The notes under the pieces: generated by a model | Told to the model about the DNA's origin: nothing | Database searches by the model: none | Seen by the model: only the letters and a program-made list of their open reading frames with translations | Made by a program: the position numbers and the translations under genes | Shown: positions 34,943 through 47,358 of the stretch, in pieces | Position numbering within the stretch: the first letter of the stretch is position 1 | How the letters are laid out: each line of letters begins with the position of its first letter | DNA from: Octopus sinensis | Lineage: Eukaryota | Assembly: GCF_006345805.1 (NCBI RefSeq) | Contig: NW_021835063.1 | Span: forward strand, 1-49,716 | Direction of reading: 5' to 3' | Length of the DNA: 49,716 bases

Positions 34943-35694
34943 TATGCGCATATATGCGTACATACGTATATATATATACGTGTAGACACGCACACACACA
35001 ACATATATATACAGTATATATGTATATACATATATTCGTATGTATGTATATATATATATATATACATATATAATATATATATATATATAAATATATATAT
35101 TATTAATATATATGTATATGTATATTTCCTATGTATGTATGGTGTGTGTTGGTGTGTGTGTGTGTGTGTGCATGTAACGCTCCAAGTGTATTTACTCAAT
35201 TTATATCGGCAACCGCGCAACTGGGGCAAGTTGTTATTCAGTCTCAAACGGTTTAATTCTAACTAAAACACATTTGTAAACCCTGATAAGAGAGACCTCT
35301 TACACCGCCGGTGGCTGTGATACTGTGGCACACAATGAGAAAAAGTCTACAAACACTTACGGATAAAATATCAAAGCTTATGCAAGATGTTAAAGCCAAA
35401 CAATAAATCTTGATAAAATTGCTGTTCTTTATCAGCCTTGCGCTGGAAAATCTCGCGTGGATCCTAAAATAACAGAATATCTTTTTATTCTTTTCTCCTT
35501 TGCTTGTTTCAGTAACTGGGCTGCGGCCAGGCTGGAGTACAGCCTTGAAGAGTATTAGTCGAACAGATTGAACCTTAATACTTATTTACTTTGAAGTCTG
35601 GTAAATATTTTTACGGTCACTTATGTCGAACCGCTAGTTTATATGTAACGGATGTAAATCAATAAACACCGGCTGCCGTGAAGTGGAATGGTAG

Positions 35695-35909
35695 AAACAC
35701 AGACACAAACTCACAACACATACTGCTTCCCAACCACATCGTTCCGAGTTCAATCCCACTGCGTGGCACCTTGGGCAAGCGTCTTCTACTATAGCTTCGG
35801 GTCGACCAAAACATTGTGAGTGGATTTGGTAGACGGAAACTGAAAGAAACCTGTCGTGTATATAATATATATATGAGTGTGTGTGTGTGTGTATGTGTGT
35901 GTGTGTGTG

Positions 35910-35944
<35 letters not shown>

Positions 35945-36075
35945 ATTTGTGTGTATATGTTTGTGTTTGTCCCCCACTACCATCGCTTAACAACCCTTGT
36001 TGGTGTATTTACGTCCCCGCAACATGGCAGTTCGGTAAAAGAGACCGATAAAATAAGTACTAAGCTTGCAAAGAA
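35695..36075 (+). mobile_element. Chimeric or diverged SINE family B region with (GT)n linker
   Basis: TGCTTCCCAACCAC...GTTCAATCCCACTGCGTGGCACCTTGGGCAAG, with the tail GTTCGGTAAAAGAGACCGATAAAATAAGTAC. Confidence 0.8.
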
Positions 36076-36186
36076 TAAAAAGCATATGTGTGTACACACA
36101 CACACAAACACATACGCACAAACACACACAAACAAACACACACACACACACACACACAAAACGGAATATATTTAATATCATTATTA

Positions 36187-36400
36187 AGGTGGCGAGCTGG
36201 CAGAAACGTTAGCACGCTGGGCGAAATGCTTAGCAGTACATCGACTGCCTTTACGTTCTGAGTTCAAATTCCGCCGAAATCAATTTTGCCTTTCATCATT
36301 TCGAGTCGATAAACCAAATACCAGATGCGTACTAGGGTCGATCTAATCGATTGCCCCCCTCCTCCCCCCAAATTACGGTCCTTGTGGCGAGAGTAGAAAA
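36187..36400 (+). mobile_element. SINE family A copy
   Basis: AAGGTGGCGAGCTGGCAGAAACGTTAGCACG... Confidence 0.85.
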
Positions 36401-36436
36401 ATATATTTATTGTTATTAAGCAGGGATAATATGGCC

Positions 36437-36517
36437 AGTGACATCGAAGTTTTGGCCAGCTAAGCCATCATCGGACAGTCCGATAACGACTCAGCTGCCC
36501 GAAACTTCGATGTTACT
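36437..36517. ncRNA. Old 81-bp imperfect palindrome containing two decayed hammerhead motifs
   Basis: 40-bp arms around A36477 with 7 mismatches, 6 of them transitions. Composite of the two arms: CAGT-CCGATGA-T-GGC(TTAGCTG)GCC-GAAA-C(TTCGAT)G-TC-ACTG. Confidence 0.6.
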
Positions 36518-36675
36518 TTCAAAATTCTACACTTGTTAAAGAATAATAAATCTTTTCTCTACCAAATGTATTGAGTAATCCTTCAAATTAATGTAAAATC
36601 ATTTTTATTATAACATAAAAAAAAAACATTAATATTTACAAAATATATATATATATATATATATATGAACTCACG

Positions 36676-36733
<58 letters not shown>

Positions 36734-36753
36734 ACACACACATATATAATATA

Positions 36754-36786
<33 letters not shown>

Positions 36787-36789
36787 CAA

Positions 36790-37006
36790 ATGTGACCTCG
36801 TGTGTACTGTTGGAGATTTTCTTTTCACTGTCTACCCTTCTCTGGATCTTCCTTCTCCTATGTTTCCGACGAAGAGCTCCGCTCGAAACGTTAAACCCTC
36901 CTTCTTTCCTTCTTTCTTCTTCCTTCTTCCTGAGCGTCCAATAATACTATATTTGTTCCACGTCCTCGCGTTGTTGTGTTTTTTTTTGTGCTTTCTTGTT
37001 GGATTA

Positions 37007-37010
<4 letters not shown>
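36790..37010 (+). mobile_element. (TA)n-flanked PLE-derived short element
   Basis: Carries the hammerhead-like motif at 36862-36896. Layout resembles 42990-43180 (-). Confidence 0.55.
36862..36896 (+). ncRNA. Minimal type I hammerhead-like motif (U4C variant)
   Basis: GTTT-CCGACGA-A-GAGC(TCC)GCTC-GAAA-CG-TT-AAAC. Stems I and II are perfect and stem III is the loopless palindrome ACGT. Confidence 0.6.
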
Positions 37011-37062
<52 letters not shown>

Positions 37063-37084
37063 AAAAAATCTCAAATTTTATTAA

Positions 37085-37345
37085 CTTGCTTTTGCAGGAA
37101 GGACTGTTTCAACGAAATCGCGTCTCACCTTTACCTTCGAACGCGGAGCAGATGAAACAGAGGCGGCTGAAGAAGGGGAATTTTCCTTGTGTTGTATGTC
37201 TTGTACTCTGTTTTTTCGTTGTTTAAGAAAAATGTCCATTTCCTTGGTTTTGTGTTTATGTTTTCGTTTCTCATTGTGTTCGACGTTTTTTGGTGTCCTG
37301 TACCCATATGTGCATGTATATATATATATCTAGATGTAGGTACGT
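37085..37345 (+). mobile_element. Repeat family X copy
   Basis: Colinear with 2520-2800. Confidence 0.7.
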
Positions 37346-37393
37346 ACATATATGTATGTATACATGCATATGTTTTATTTATTAATTTGTTAT

Positions 37394-37476
<83 letters not shown>

Positions 37477-37505
37477 CATACAGACATATAATATATATAT
37501 CTTAT

Positions 37506-37538
<33 letters not shown>

Positions 37539-38029
37539 TACGACGACTTTCATATACTTTCTGTTTACCGAATTCATTCACATGGCTTTGGTCGGCGCAG
37601 AGTTTTTGTAGCTCAAGAAGCAGGGCAGTGGAATTGAATACAAAATCACGTGGTTCCAAAGTCGGCTTCTTCACCACACAGCCATAAACTCTGTCAAGAA
37701 CATATCTTTCTTTCAATATCTTAGCATCAACTTCAGCAAGATGCAAATATTTATGATAAAATTACAAAAATAATTCAGATGTATTCACATCGATCTCAGA
37801 GATACATGAAAAAATATGATACTAAAATATCTATTTTCAAAACATAATAACTAAGAAAAAAATTATGATAATTTTTTACTTGATAATGGTTAATGTCGCT
37901 ATATCGCTGTTCCGACCAGTCTATCGCTTGTTGTTGCTGTACGTCGCTGATCACAATGCGCTTCCTCATATTGTTGTAGCTTTCGAATGATGACGTCCTG
38001 TTGGTTTGGCGGGCAGGCTAACGTTCCTC

Positions 38030-38195
38030 CTGAATGCAGTTGAGGGACCTGAATAAAACGTAAATTGAAGTGTTTTGCTGAAGAGTGCAACGCACCGTTT
38101 GGGTACCGAAAACTTGGTCTTGGGTATCGAAACCAGTCTGGGTAACGAAACCGTGGTCTTGGCCATCGAGAATGCAACACCCTAACCACATGGCT
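38030..38195 (-). mobile_element. Old tRNA-derived SINE head (family C/D-like) with a triplicated B-box region
   Basis: Minus strand TAGCCATGTGGTTAGGGTG, three G(G/T)TTTCG.TACCC units, then GGTGCGTTG...GCAAAACACTTCA. Confidence 0.55.
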
Positions 38196-38209
38196 ATGTA
38201 CGTTCACAA

Positions 38210-39075
38210 GAGCTGGCAGAATCGTTAGCATGTCGAGCAAAAGGCTCGGCGGTATTTCGTTCTTCTTTACGAGCAGAGTTCGAATTCCGACGAGGTCAAC
38301 TTCGCCTTTCATCCTTTGGAGTTGATAAATTAAGTACCAGTGAAACACTCAACTAGACCACCCATCCCACCAAAAAAAAAAAATGAAATTGCTAGCCTTG
38401 TGCCAAAATTTGAAATCATTATTTTAGAAAGAGTTATAATTCTTTCTATTATAGTCACAAAGGCGGCGAGCTGCCAGAATCGTTAGCGCGCCGGGCGAAA
38501 TGCGTAGCCGTATTTCGTTTGTTGTTACGTTCTGAGTTCAAATTCCGCCGAGGTTGACTTTGCCTTCCATCCTTTCGAGGTCGATAAATTAAGTACCAGT
38601 TACGCACTGGGGTCGATGTAATCGACTTAATCCGTTTGTCTGTCCTTGTTTGTCCTCTCTGTGTTTAGCCCCTTGTGGGTAATAAAGATATAGGTATTTC
38701 GTCTGTATTTACGTTCTGAGTTCAAATTCCACCGAGGTCGATTTTGCGTTTCATCTTTTCCGGTCGATAAACAATGTACCAGTTGCGTACTGGGGTCGAT
38801 CTAATCGATTGCCCCCACTCCCCAAAAAATTCGGGCCTTGTGCCTAAAGTAGAAAAAAGAATATTTATTATTATTTATTAAATACGTACTAGTTACGCAC
38901 TGGGATTCATGTAATCGACTTAATCCCTTTGTCTGTCCTTGTTTGTCCCCTCAAATGTTTAGCCCCCTGTGGGCAATAAAGAAATAGATAAATTAAGTGC
39001 TAGTCAAGTACTGGGGGAGATGTGGTCGACTACCCCCTCCTCACAAATTCCAGGCCTTGTATGTATAGTAGGAAG
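38210..39075 (+). mobile_element. SINE family A cluster: ~38210-38417, dimer ~38461-38850, long-tail fragment ~38885-39075
   Basis: Dimer junction TAATAAAGATATA|GGTATTTCG near 38695. Confidence 0.85.
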
Positions 39076-39876
39076 GGTTATAATCACAAAGCCTATAACG
39101 TTGGAAGAAAAAGGGGTTAGTCAAGGACATTGCCCCTACGAAAGGAATTTGAACTCAGATCGCAAAACCGGAAAAAGTGCTGCAATACATTTTGTCCGGC
39201 GTGCTAACGATTCTATCAAATCGCTACCTTTGGGCCAAATAATTATATGATTATGAGCGACATTAAATAATATTCCTTTATGAATAGAATGAAATACAAT
39301 AGCTGAACGGACACCATCTTGAATACATAGAATCTAGAAGACTTACCAATGCTTTAACACATCGAACCACATTAACAGGACAGGTATCTCCCGGCTAATG
39401 TACACCAAATATACATCCATACGGTTGCACATGCACAAGCAAAGCAACACACGCTCACACCTATACATACACTCACACAATTCTATTGAACTAAACCCCT
39501 TCATATATTAACCCGCCACGATTTTGTTTTTTGTCATATCAATATTACTATTAATATTATAAATATTCATTTATATAAATTAAATATTACTTATTTATAT
39601 TTATTACCACTTAGAAGTAAATGCATATATGATATATTCGTGTAAGGCTATATTTGCAACATTCGAATGTGTTCCAACACGTGAAGTTCTTTCGCTGCGG
39701 TACTAGTCCCGGGAGAAAAAAACTCTCATGTGTGAAAACACATCTTTGGGCTGTGAATGACGTCATTGAATCGTAGGGCGAATGCATTTCTGAGTCTTCT
39801 CCCTTCGCATGGTACGAAGACAAAGTATTTGTATCTTCATATTTATATATATATGCATATATATATATATATAGAT

Positions 39877-39941
<65 letters not shown>

Positions 39942-39970
39942 ATATATATATATATGTATATATATACATT

Positions 39971-40270
39971 GACTCTCCGTCGGTTACGACGAGTATTCCA
40001 GTTGATCAAATCAGCGAACAGCCGGCACGAGAAATTAACGTGCAAGTGGCTGAGTACTCCGCGGAAACGTGTAACCTAACGTAGTTCTCAGGGAGACTCA
40101 ACGTAATAGAGTATGTGACCCTTCGACTTACAGTTAGAACTTCTTTTTGCCAGCTGAGTGGACTGGAGCAACGTGGAATAAAAAGTCTTGCTCAATGAGA
40201 CAACATGCCGCCGGGAATCGAACTAATATCTTCACGAACGTGATCCGAATACCGTTGCCACTAAATCACG
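39971..40270 (-). mobile_element. tRNA-derived SINE, family D
   Basis: Reverse complement is similar to 48430-48747 (GCACGTTAATTT..CG.GCCGG...TTGATC...CTGG.A.ACTCGTCGTAACCGACGGAG). Confidence 0.75.
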
Positions 40271-40312
40271 TACCTTCACAAACATATATCTACATATGTA
40301 TACATATGTATG

Positions 40313-40351
<39 letters not shown>

Positions 40352-40425
40352 ATACATATGCACATATACATATATATATATATATACACATTATATACAT
40401 AAATATATATATGTAGATATAGACA

Positions 40426-40463
<38 letters not shown>

Positions 40464-40513
40464 ACCACACACACACATATATATATATGAATATATATAT
40501 ATACATATTATGC

Positions 40514-40576
<63 letters not shown>

Positions 40577-40644
40577 TGTCTACCACCTGTCTTCGTCTTG
40601 TTTTTTTGTGAATTCTCCCTATATATATATATATATATATATAC

Positions 40645-40800
40645 TTAGCGGTTCGGCAAAAGAGACCGATAGAATAAGTACTGGGCTTACAAAAGAATAA
40701 GTCCCGGGGTCGAGTTGCTCGACTAAAGGCGGTGCTCCAGCATGGCCGCAGTCAAATGACTGAAACAAGTAAAAGAGTAAAGAGTAAGAGTAAAAGAGTA
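40645..40800 (+). mobile_element. SINE family B 3' tail
   Basis: TAGCGGTTCGGCAAAAGAGACCGATAGAATAAGTAC...GACTGAAACAAGTAAAAGAG, with (A/GAGTAA) repeats. Confidence 0.85.
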
Positions 40801-41269
40801 TATATGTGTGTGTGTGTGTGTGTGTTTGTATGTGTGTGTGTGTGTGTGTGTATTTATATATATATATATAGATATAGATATAGATACATATATATGCATA
40901 TACATGCAAATATACATGTGTGTGAACGTGTGTTTGTGTGTGTGTGTGCGTGTTTGTGTGTGTGTATGCGCTTCTGTGTGAGCGTGCGCCTGTGCTTAGA
41001 TTAGCAAATGAGAAGAGACAACACAAAATATGTGGAAGAATATGTTATTTGAGTAAATTTGCTGATTCACATCCTAAGCACTTGACACTGTTGGAATTTT
41101 GCGCAATGAGTTTCTTTATGCTTTGTTGGTGAGGAAATAGATGAAGGATTGGAGTGTCAATGGTTCTTTGCTGTCATTGGTTAGCGTAGCTTATGTGGTA
41201 AGCTTCATTGGTCTATGTAAGAATTTAAGGAAAATCGAGCAGTTATCTCTTATTTTCTTCTACCTGTTT

Positions 41270-41526
41270 CATTCATTAGACTTCGGCCATGGTGAGGCAC
41301 CACTTTGAAGAATTTTAGTTGAACGAATCCATTCCAGTACCATTTTTCTTTTTTTTTTTTTTAAGCTTCGTACTCATTCTTTAGGTCTCTTTTGCCAGAC
41401 CTCTAAATTACGGGGACGTGAACAAACCAATACCGGTTGTCAAGCGGTGGTGGTGGGGGGTCAAACATATACACAAAGACACACGCAAAACACACGCAAG
41501 CACGCACGCACGCTCACACACAACAC

Positions 41527-41557
<31 letters not shown>

Positions 41558-41715
41558 AACATATATGATGGGCTTCTTTCAGTTTCCGTCTACCGCATCC
41601 GCTCAGAAGGCTTTGATCAGCCAGAGACTATAGCAGAAGAGACTTACCCATGGTTCCATGCTGTGGGACTGAACCCGGAACCATGTGGTTGGGAAGTAAA
41701 CTTCTTACCACACGG
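41270..41715 (-). mobile_element. Diverged SINE family B copy
   Basis: Head and tail motifs around (CA)n. Confidence 0.75.
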
Positions 41716-41985
41716 ATATGATATTCCATAATATAATCTGCTGCTCTTGATTTCTACAGATGTCATTTGGTTGCACTGCTGGCCATCTTCTAAACTATAT
41801 TAATTAATGTGAAATAACAACGAGTAACAGTTCTTGGCGGGGGGTTGTCTTTCAGCATTCACACCAACAATAAACCACGCATAAAGAACTGTGCGAAAAA
41901 CCGCAAAGACAGGAATTGAATCATCACCCTTGTGTGTATGTGTGTGTGAGTGTTTATGATTTTTTTAATAGAATATCTTCCTTAA

Positions 41986-42349
41986 TCTCTCTATATATAA
42001 ACGGCAAAATGTCTGTGTGTGTGTGTCCTTTATACAAATCCACAATTTTTCAGTTAGAGGGCTCGCACTTTCTATGGCCATTTAAAACCATCCAACGGTG
42101 GTCGTGCACATCTTTACATTTCCCCAATCACCCCGCAAAGCCATTAAAAATCAATAAAAGTGACTTTTTGTGAATTTTCTATCTAAAACACAATCAAAAT
42201 GCCCGAAACTTGATACGCCAATTGAATGCCAGCTAACTGTATGTGATTGGTCGGAGATTTGGACAGTACTCGCGTGTATGTGTGCACGCACGCAGCTGCA
42301 TATGCGTGCAGTAGCCCTATGACCCGGCGTTGCCGAGTCATAGTGCTAG
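41986..42349 (+). mobile_element. Non-autonomous Helitron (364 bp)
   Basis: 5' A|TCTCTCTATATATAAA. The 3' hairpin CTATGACCCGGC-GTT-GCCGAGTCATAG is followed by TG-CTAG|T, consistent with an A/T target. Confidence 0.85.
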
Positions 42350-42919
42350 TGAATAATATATCGGTTATATTCCTTTTTTGAATTCTCATTAACTCAACAT
42401 ATCTTTTTCTACTCATAGTTTATATTTAGAATTAATGCTGATCAAATGATATTTCCATCGTACTCTACATAATAATATATCTACTAAATATCACTTCTAT
42501 GCATTTAAACTGGTAAGTAATAGTTTAAATGGGGTAGGAATTTTGCTATAGACATATTCCAAGTTGCCAAGTGTGATTGAAGAAACTAAACATCATGTTA
42601 TAATGCTATCATGATCTCATAAGTGCAGTTCCTAAGGTGTGCTAAAACACATCCCTGTCCCTTATACTAGTCAAATATTGTTAGTTTTACTACTAGCCAA
42701 CTCTCTTAAAATGTTCTTTATTCTAAGCAGTGTTGCGTAGTATTGACAGCACGGTATCAAATTTCAAATATGAACTCGCATAATATGCATGATAAAGGGA
42801 TCACATAATTTTGGAATTTACCAATATATCCGAAACGTGCATACGCTGATTAAACAATGTATGATTCTATATATTCCTCTGTTTTACACACACACACACA
42901 TACACACACACACATACAC

Positions 42920-42964
<45 letters not shown>

Positions 42965-42989
42965 ACGCGTGTATATATATATGCATAGT

Positions 42990-43180
42990 TCAGATTTACG
43001 GAAAACAAAAGACGAGTACAGGTGTAGGTACAACAAGCAGGTGTATTAGTTTATGGGTTGGGAAAATGGAATAGTCTTTTACGTTTCGAACCTATGCTCT
43101 TTGACAGAAAATATTAAGAGGAAAAAACGGAGAGAGAAAAACTGTGAAGAGTTCAACTGTCCAACATAGCGAAATAAACT
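42990..43180 (-). mobile_element. PLE-derived short element with a decayed hammerhead-like motif (43076-43111)
   Basis: Minus strand TTTT-CTGTCAA-A-GAGC(ATAG)GTTC-GAAA-CG-TA-AAAG. A 3'-end fragment of a similar element lies at ~40580-40620 (+). Confidence 0.5.
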
Positions 43181-43289
43181 ATAATATATATATATATATA
43201 TATATATGTGTATGTGATGTGTGTTGGTGTGTGTGTGTGTGTGTGTGTGTGTGGTGTGTAATATAAATAATATATAAATATATGCATAT

Positions 43290-43525
43290 ATACATACATA
43301 TTTGTACATACCTGCATATATGTATATATACATGCATATATGGGTACAGACATTAAAAAAACGTTGAGCACAATGAGAAACGAAAACATGAAAACAAAAA
43401 CATAGAAATGAACTTTTTTCGAACATCAAAAGAAACAGAGAAACGAGACATGCAACATACAAATATTCTCCTTCATCAGTTGTCGCTGTTTACTCCGTGT
43501 TTCGAGGGTAAGGAAGTCGTCCTGT
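43290..43525 (-). mobile_element. Repeat family X copy
   Basis: Reverse complement is colinear with 2590-2790. Confidence 0.65.
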
Positions 43526-43526
43526 A

Positions 43527-43566
<40 letters not shown>

Positions 43567-43595
43567 TAATATATATTATATATACATACATACAC

Positions 43596-43663
<68 letters not shown>

Positions 43664-43842
43664 ATTATATATATATATATATATACACATATACATACAT
43701 ACATACATATATATATATGCATAAATATATATACCATATATACATATACATATACATATATATATATTAAATATATTGTTATATTTCGGAATGGTCATAT
43801 ATATATATCATACATATATATATATACATACATATATATGTA

Positions 43843-43937
<95 letters not shown>

Positions 43938-44244
43938 CATACATATAAAAGCATGTATATAAATACATGGTGAAAGTATTAATATAGATATTATTGTACG
44001 TAATACGGAAACAGTGTAAGAGAAAAGAGATTGCTCCGACCCGCATCAGGCATGAAGTTGAAAATTGGAGGCGCAAGACGCTACATGGACCCTGAGTAAG
44101 GCATGTGTAAAATTTGAATGAAATTAGTTGGGTAGTTCTGGAGTTTTACTGATGCACACACACATTTCAGTTTTATTATATATAGATAAGCACATATCCA
44201 TCCATCCATCCATACATGTATATCTGTATACATATGTACGTGTA

Positions 44245-44291
<47 letters not shown>

Positions 44292-44466
44292 TATGTAGAA
44301 AATACATTTACATATAAATATATATATATATTTACATATAAATATATATATATATATATATATAATAATATATATATAATAATATATATATATATATATA
44401 TACATATATATGTAGAAATACATACATATAAATATATATACATATATTTACTATTATATATATATA

Positions 44467-44504
<38 letters not shown>

Positions 44505-45640
44505 TAATGTATGTATGAATGTATGTTGTATAATTACATATATGCATGTGTACTTAAACACTTGCACGCACACGCACACATGCGCACACACACACCTACG
44601 CATACATGCATACCTACATACATAAATATATACAGACATACACAATTAACTTATAGCCGCTCCATGTGTTCTGTTCACACACATTTGTGTCCATCTTTAC
44701 ATTTGACTGTATATATGTGTGTGTGGTGTGTGTGTGTGTTGTGTGTGTACGTGTGTGTGTATACACTTATATATTATGCATGTATGTACTTATATGCATA
44801 TATGTATGTATATGTGTGGTATATATATATATATGTGTGTGTGTGTACATTATATGTGTATTTATGTATATATTATATGTGTGCGTGTGTAAATTCCCAC
44901 ACGTATACTTATACACACACATACACATATACATAAGCGCACATTTATATATATACAGTTATGGAGATAGGGATTCGTATGAGTGTGAGAGAAAAAGGGA
45001 AAGAGAGCGCAGAAAGTGTCCTCGTGTATGTATGGATGTATGTGTGTGTTTGTGTGAGTGTGTGTGTGTGTTTTTATGTATGTATGTGTTTATGTGTGTG
45101 TGCGTTTATGTCTGTCTGTCTGTCTGTCTGTCTGTATGTATGTATGTACGTATGTATGCATGTATGTGTTTGTGTGTGTATGTATGTGTGCGTGTGTGTG
45201 AGAAGGGGTTAACGAGCGAAATAGAGGGGAGTGGAGAGAATGAGAGAGAAAGGGAAAAAAGAAAGAGAAGGTGAGGCGTGAGGGACAAAGAAAGGGAGAG
45301 AAACAAAGGTGAGAATGAAAGTGAGGGAGAGGAGGAAAGAGATAGAAAAGGAGAGAAAGAGGGAAAGACAGTGAGATAGAGAGAGAGCGCGAGAGAGGAA
45401 AGAATGAGTGAGAGAGAGAGAGAGAAAGAAAAAGAAAGCGACGGTGAGAGGTGAGAGACAAAGAAAGGGTGAGAAACAAAGAGAGAGAGAGAGAATGGGG
45501 TGAGAGAGAAAAGGTAAGAAAGAAAGAGAGGGAGGAGGAAAGAGATAGAAACGGAGAGAAAGAGGGAAAGGCGGTGGGATAGAGAGAGAGCGAGAGAGAG
45601 AGATTGAGATAGAGAGGGAGAAAGGCAGAGCGTTGGCAGC
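43526..45640. repeat. Microsatellite mosaic (CA/TA/TG/GA-rich) with embedded Helitron fragment
   Basis: Seen directly. Confidence 0.85.
44040..44186 (-). mobile_element. Helitron-like 5' fragment
   Basis: Minus strand A|TCTATATATAATAAAACTGAAATGTGTGTGTG resembles the 5' ends at 41986 and 46988. No CTAG end found. Confidence 0.55.
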
Positions 45641-46039
45641 TGAATAAGTATCCATGTGTGTGAGTCCTTGCATGCGTTCGTGCGTGCGTAAATATGTGTG
45701 TGTATGTGTGCGCGCACGTATGTATACGTGTGCGCGTGTGTGTATGTATGTATGTATGTATGTATGTACGTCCTGTCCGTGTCCGTGTGTTCTGCTGATT
45801 CCCATTGATTAGAAATTAAACCCACCAAAGTCAATAAACCATAAATCTCTTTACATGGCGGCGAAGATTTGTTCTGTTTTGACAGACCGTTTCCTAATAA
45901 CATTTTTATAGCCAATTCTTCAGTTCTCAACAACATTGCTCCAGCTGGGCGCAGTTCTCTATTGTCTGGAAACATACAATTTCCATCTTCTCTTTGTTAT
46001 TGTCATTTATTTGACTTATCAGCATTATATTCGAATAAA

Positions 46040-46935
46040 TTACGGCGGTGAGCTAGGAGAATCGTTAGCGCGTCGAACAAAATGCGTAGCAGCATTTTCT
46101 CCGGTTCTTAAAAGTTCTGGGCTCAAATCTCGCCAAGGTCAACTTTTCGAATTTATCCCTTCGGAGTCGTTAAAATGGATACCAGTTGAGCACTGGGGTC
46201 AATGGTTTCCACTTAGGTATTACTTTCCCCTTCCCTCAGAATTTCTGGGCATGCGCCATGAATGTAATAGATTTTTTGTAACCGAATAAATTAAGGCAGC
46301 CAGTCTGACAGAACCGTTAGCGCGTCGAACAAAATGCACAGCGGCATTTCCTCCGGTTCTTAAACATTCTGTGTCCAAATCTCGTGGAGGTCAGCTTTAC
46401 CACTTATCCCTCCGGGGTCGATAAAATAAATGCCAAAACGTCTGGGCATGCGCCATAAATGTAATAGAATTTTTGTAACCGAATAAATTAAGGCGGCCAG
46501 TCTGACACAACCGTTAGCGCGCCGAACAAAACGTGTAACGGCATTTCCTCCGGTTCTTACGTTCTCAGTTCAAATCCCACAGAAGTCAGTTTTACCATTT
46601 ATCACTCCGGGGTCGATAAAATAGAAACCAATTGAACACTGAGGATCAATGATATCGACTTCCCTCTCCCCAGCTCACAAAATTCTTAGCGCGCCGAACA
46701 AAATGGTTGCATTCTGAGTTCAAATCCCGCCGAAGTCAACTTTACCTTTCCGAGTCCATACTATAAGCACCTGTCAGTTTCTCTCTTGAAGTTTTAAGCC
46801 TTGTGCTTATATTAGCAAGGATTATTATAAATAATTAAAAGATGGTGTGTTGGTGGAATAATTAAAGAATGTTTAGCACGCCGGGCAAAATGCTTAGCGG
46901 CATTTCGTCCGTCTTATTCTGAGTTCGAATCTGGG
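46040..46935 (+). mobile_element. Head-to-tail array of diverged SINE family A units
   Basis: The junction CTGGGCATGCGCCAT.AATGTAATAGA.TTTTTGTAACCGAATAAATTAAGGC recurs at 46245 and 46442 (197-bp period). Confidence 0.8.
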
Positions 46936-46987
46936 ACCGTACGATGATGCGTCGCGTTCAATTAAATAATAAATAATCTATAATATA

Positions 46988-47358
46988 TCTTTATATATTA
47001 TAGTGAAGTTGTGTGTCTGTCTCCTACGATTTAGATTCCTAACTGCTCCCACATTTTGCGGTGCAGTGTAACCAAAACCTGGTATCTTATAGTCGTGATT
47101 CATATCGAGCCCTTCTGGGTATTAGCGCGCGTCTACGATGAGTCTACGATTTAAAAAAAAATTTACCATAATTTTTTCCCATTTTTTAATGCATTTTTTT
47201 GCTATTATATAAGGGAAGTAACTCTCTAAAAATGTATTATTAAATCTCAGAACGTAAAAAGCTACAGTAATGAGATGGCTATTATACTTTACATCTCTAA
47301 AAATGCTTATATAGTTATTTCCCTTACAAACCCGAGCAACGCCGCGCGATACTGCTAG
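46988..47358 (+). mobile_element. Non-autonomous Helitron (371 bp)
   Basis: 5' A|TCTTTATATATTATAG. 3' end CCCGAGCAACGCCGCG-CGATACTG-CTAG|T. Confidence 0.8.

Noticed and set aside
37899-38048. Possible minus-strand terminal exon (TTTTATTCAG acceptor; ...RRNVSLP...)
   Set aside because: The acceptor and first bases align with the body of the adjacent old SINE, and no partner exons or recognisable protein were found. Spliced RNA-seq reads at 38048 would reopen it.
39611-39840. Non-repetitive part of the 144-aa minus-strand ORF
   Set aside because: No polypyrimidine acceptor or donor, and no recognisable motif.
45790-45975. Unique N-terminal part of the 289-aa minus-strand ORF
   Set aside because: Only ~60 non-repetitive codons, weak splice signals, no homology recognised, and the rest is microsatellite.
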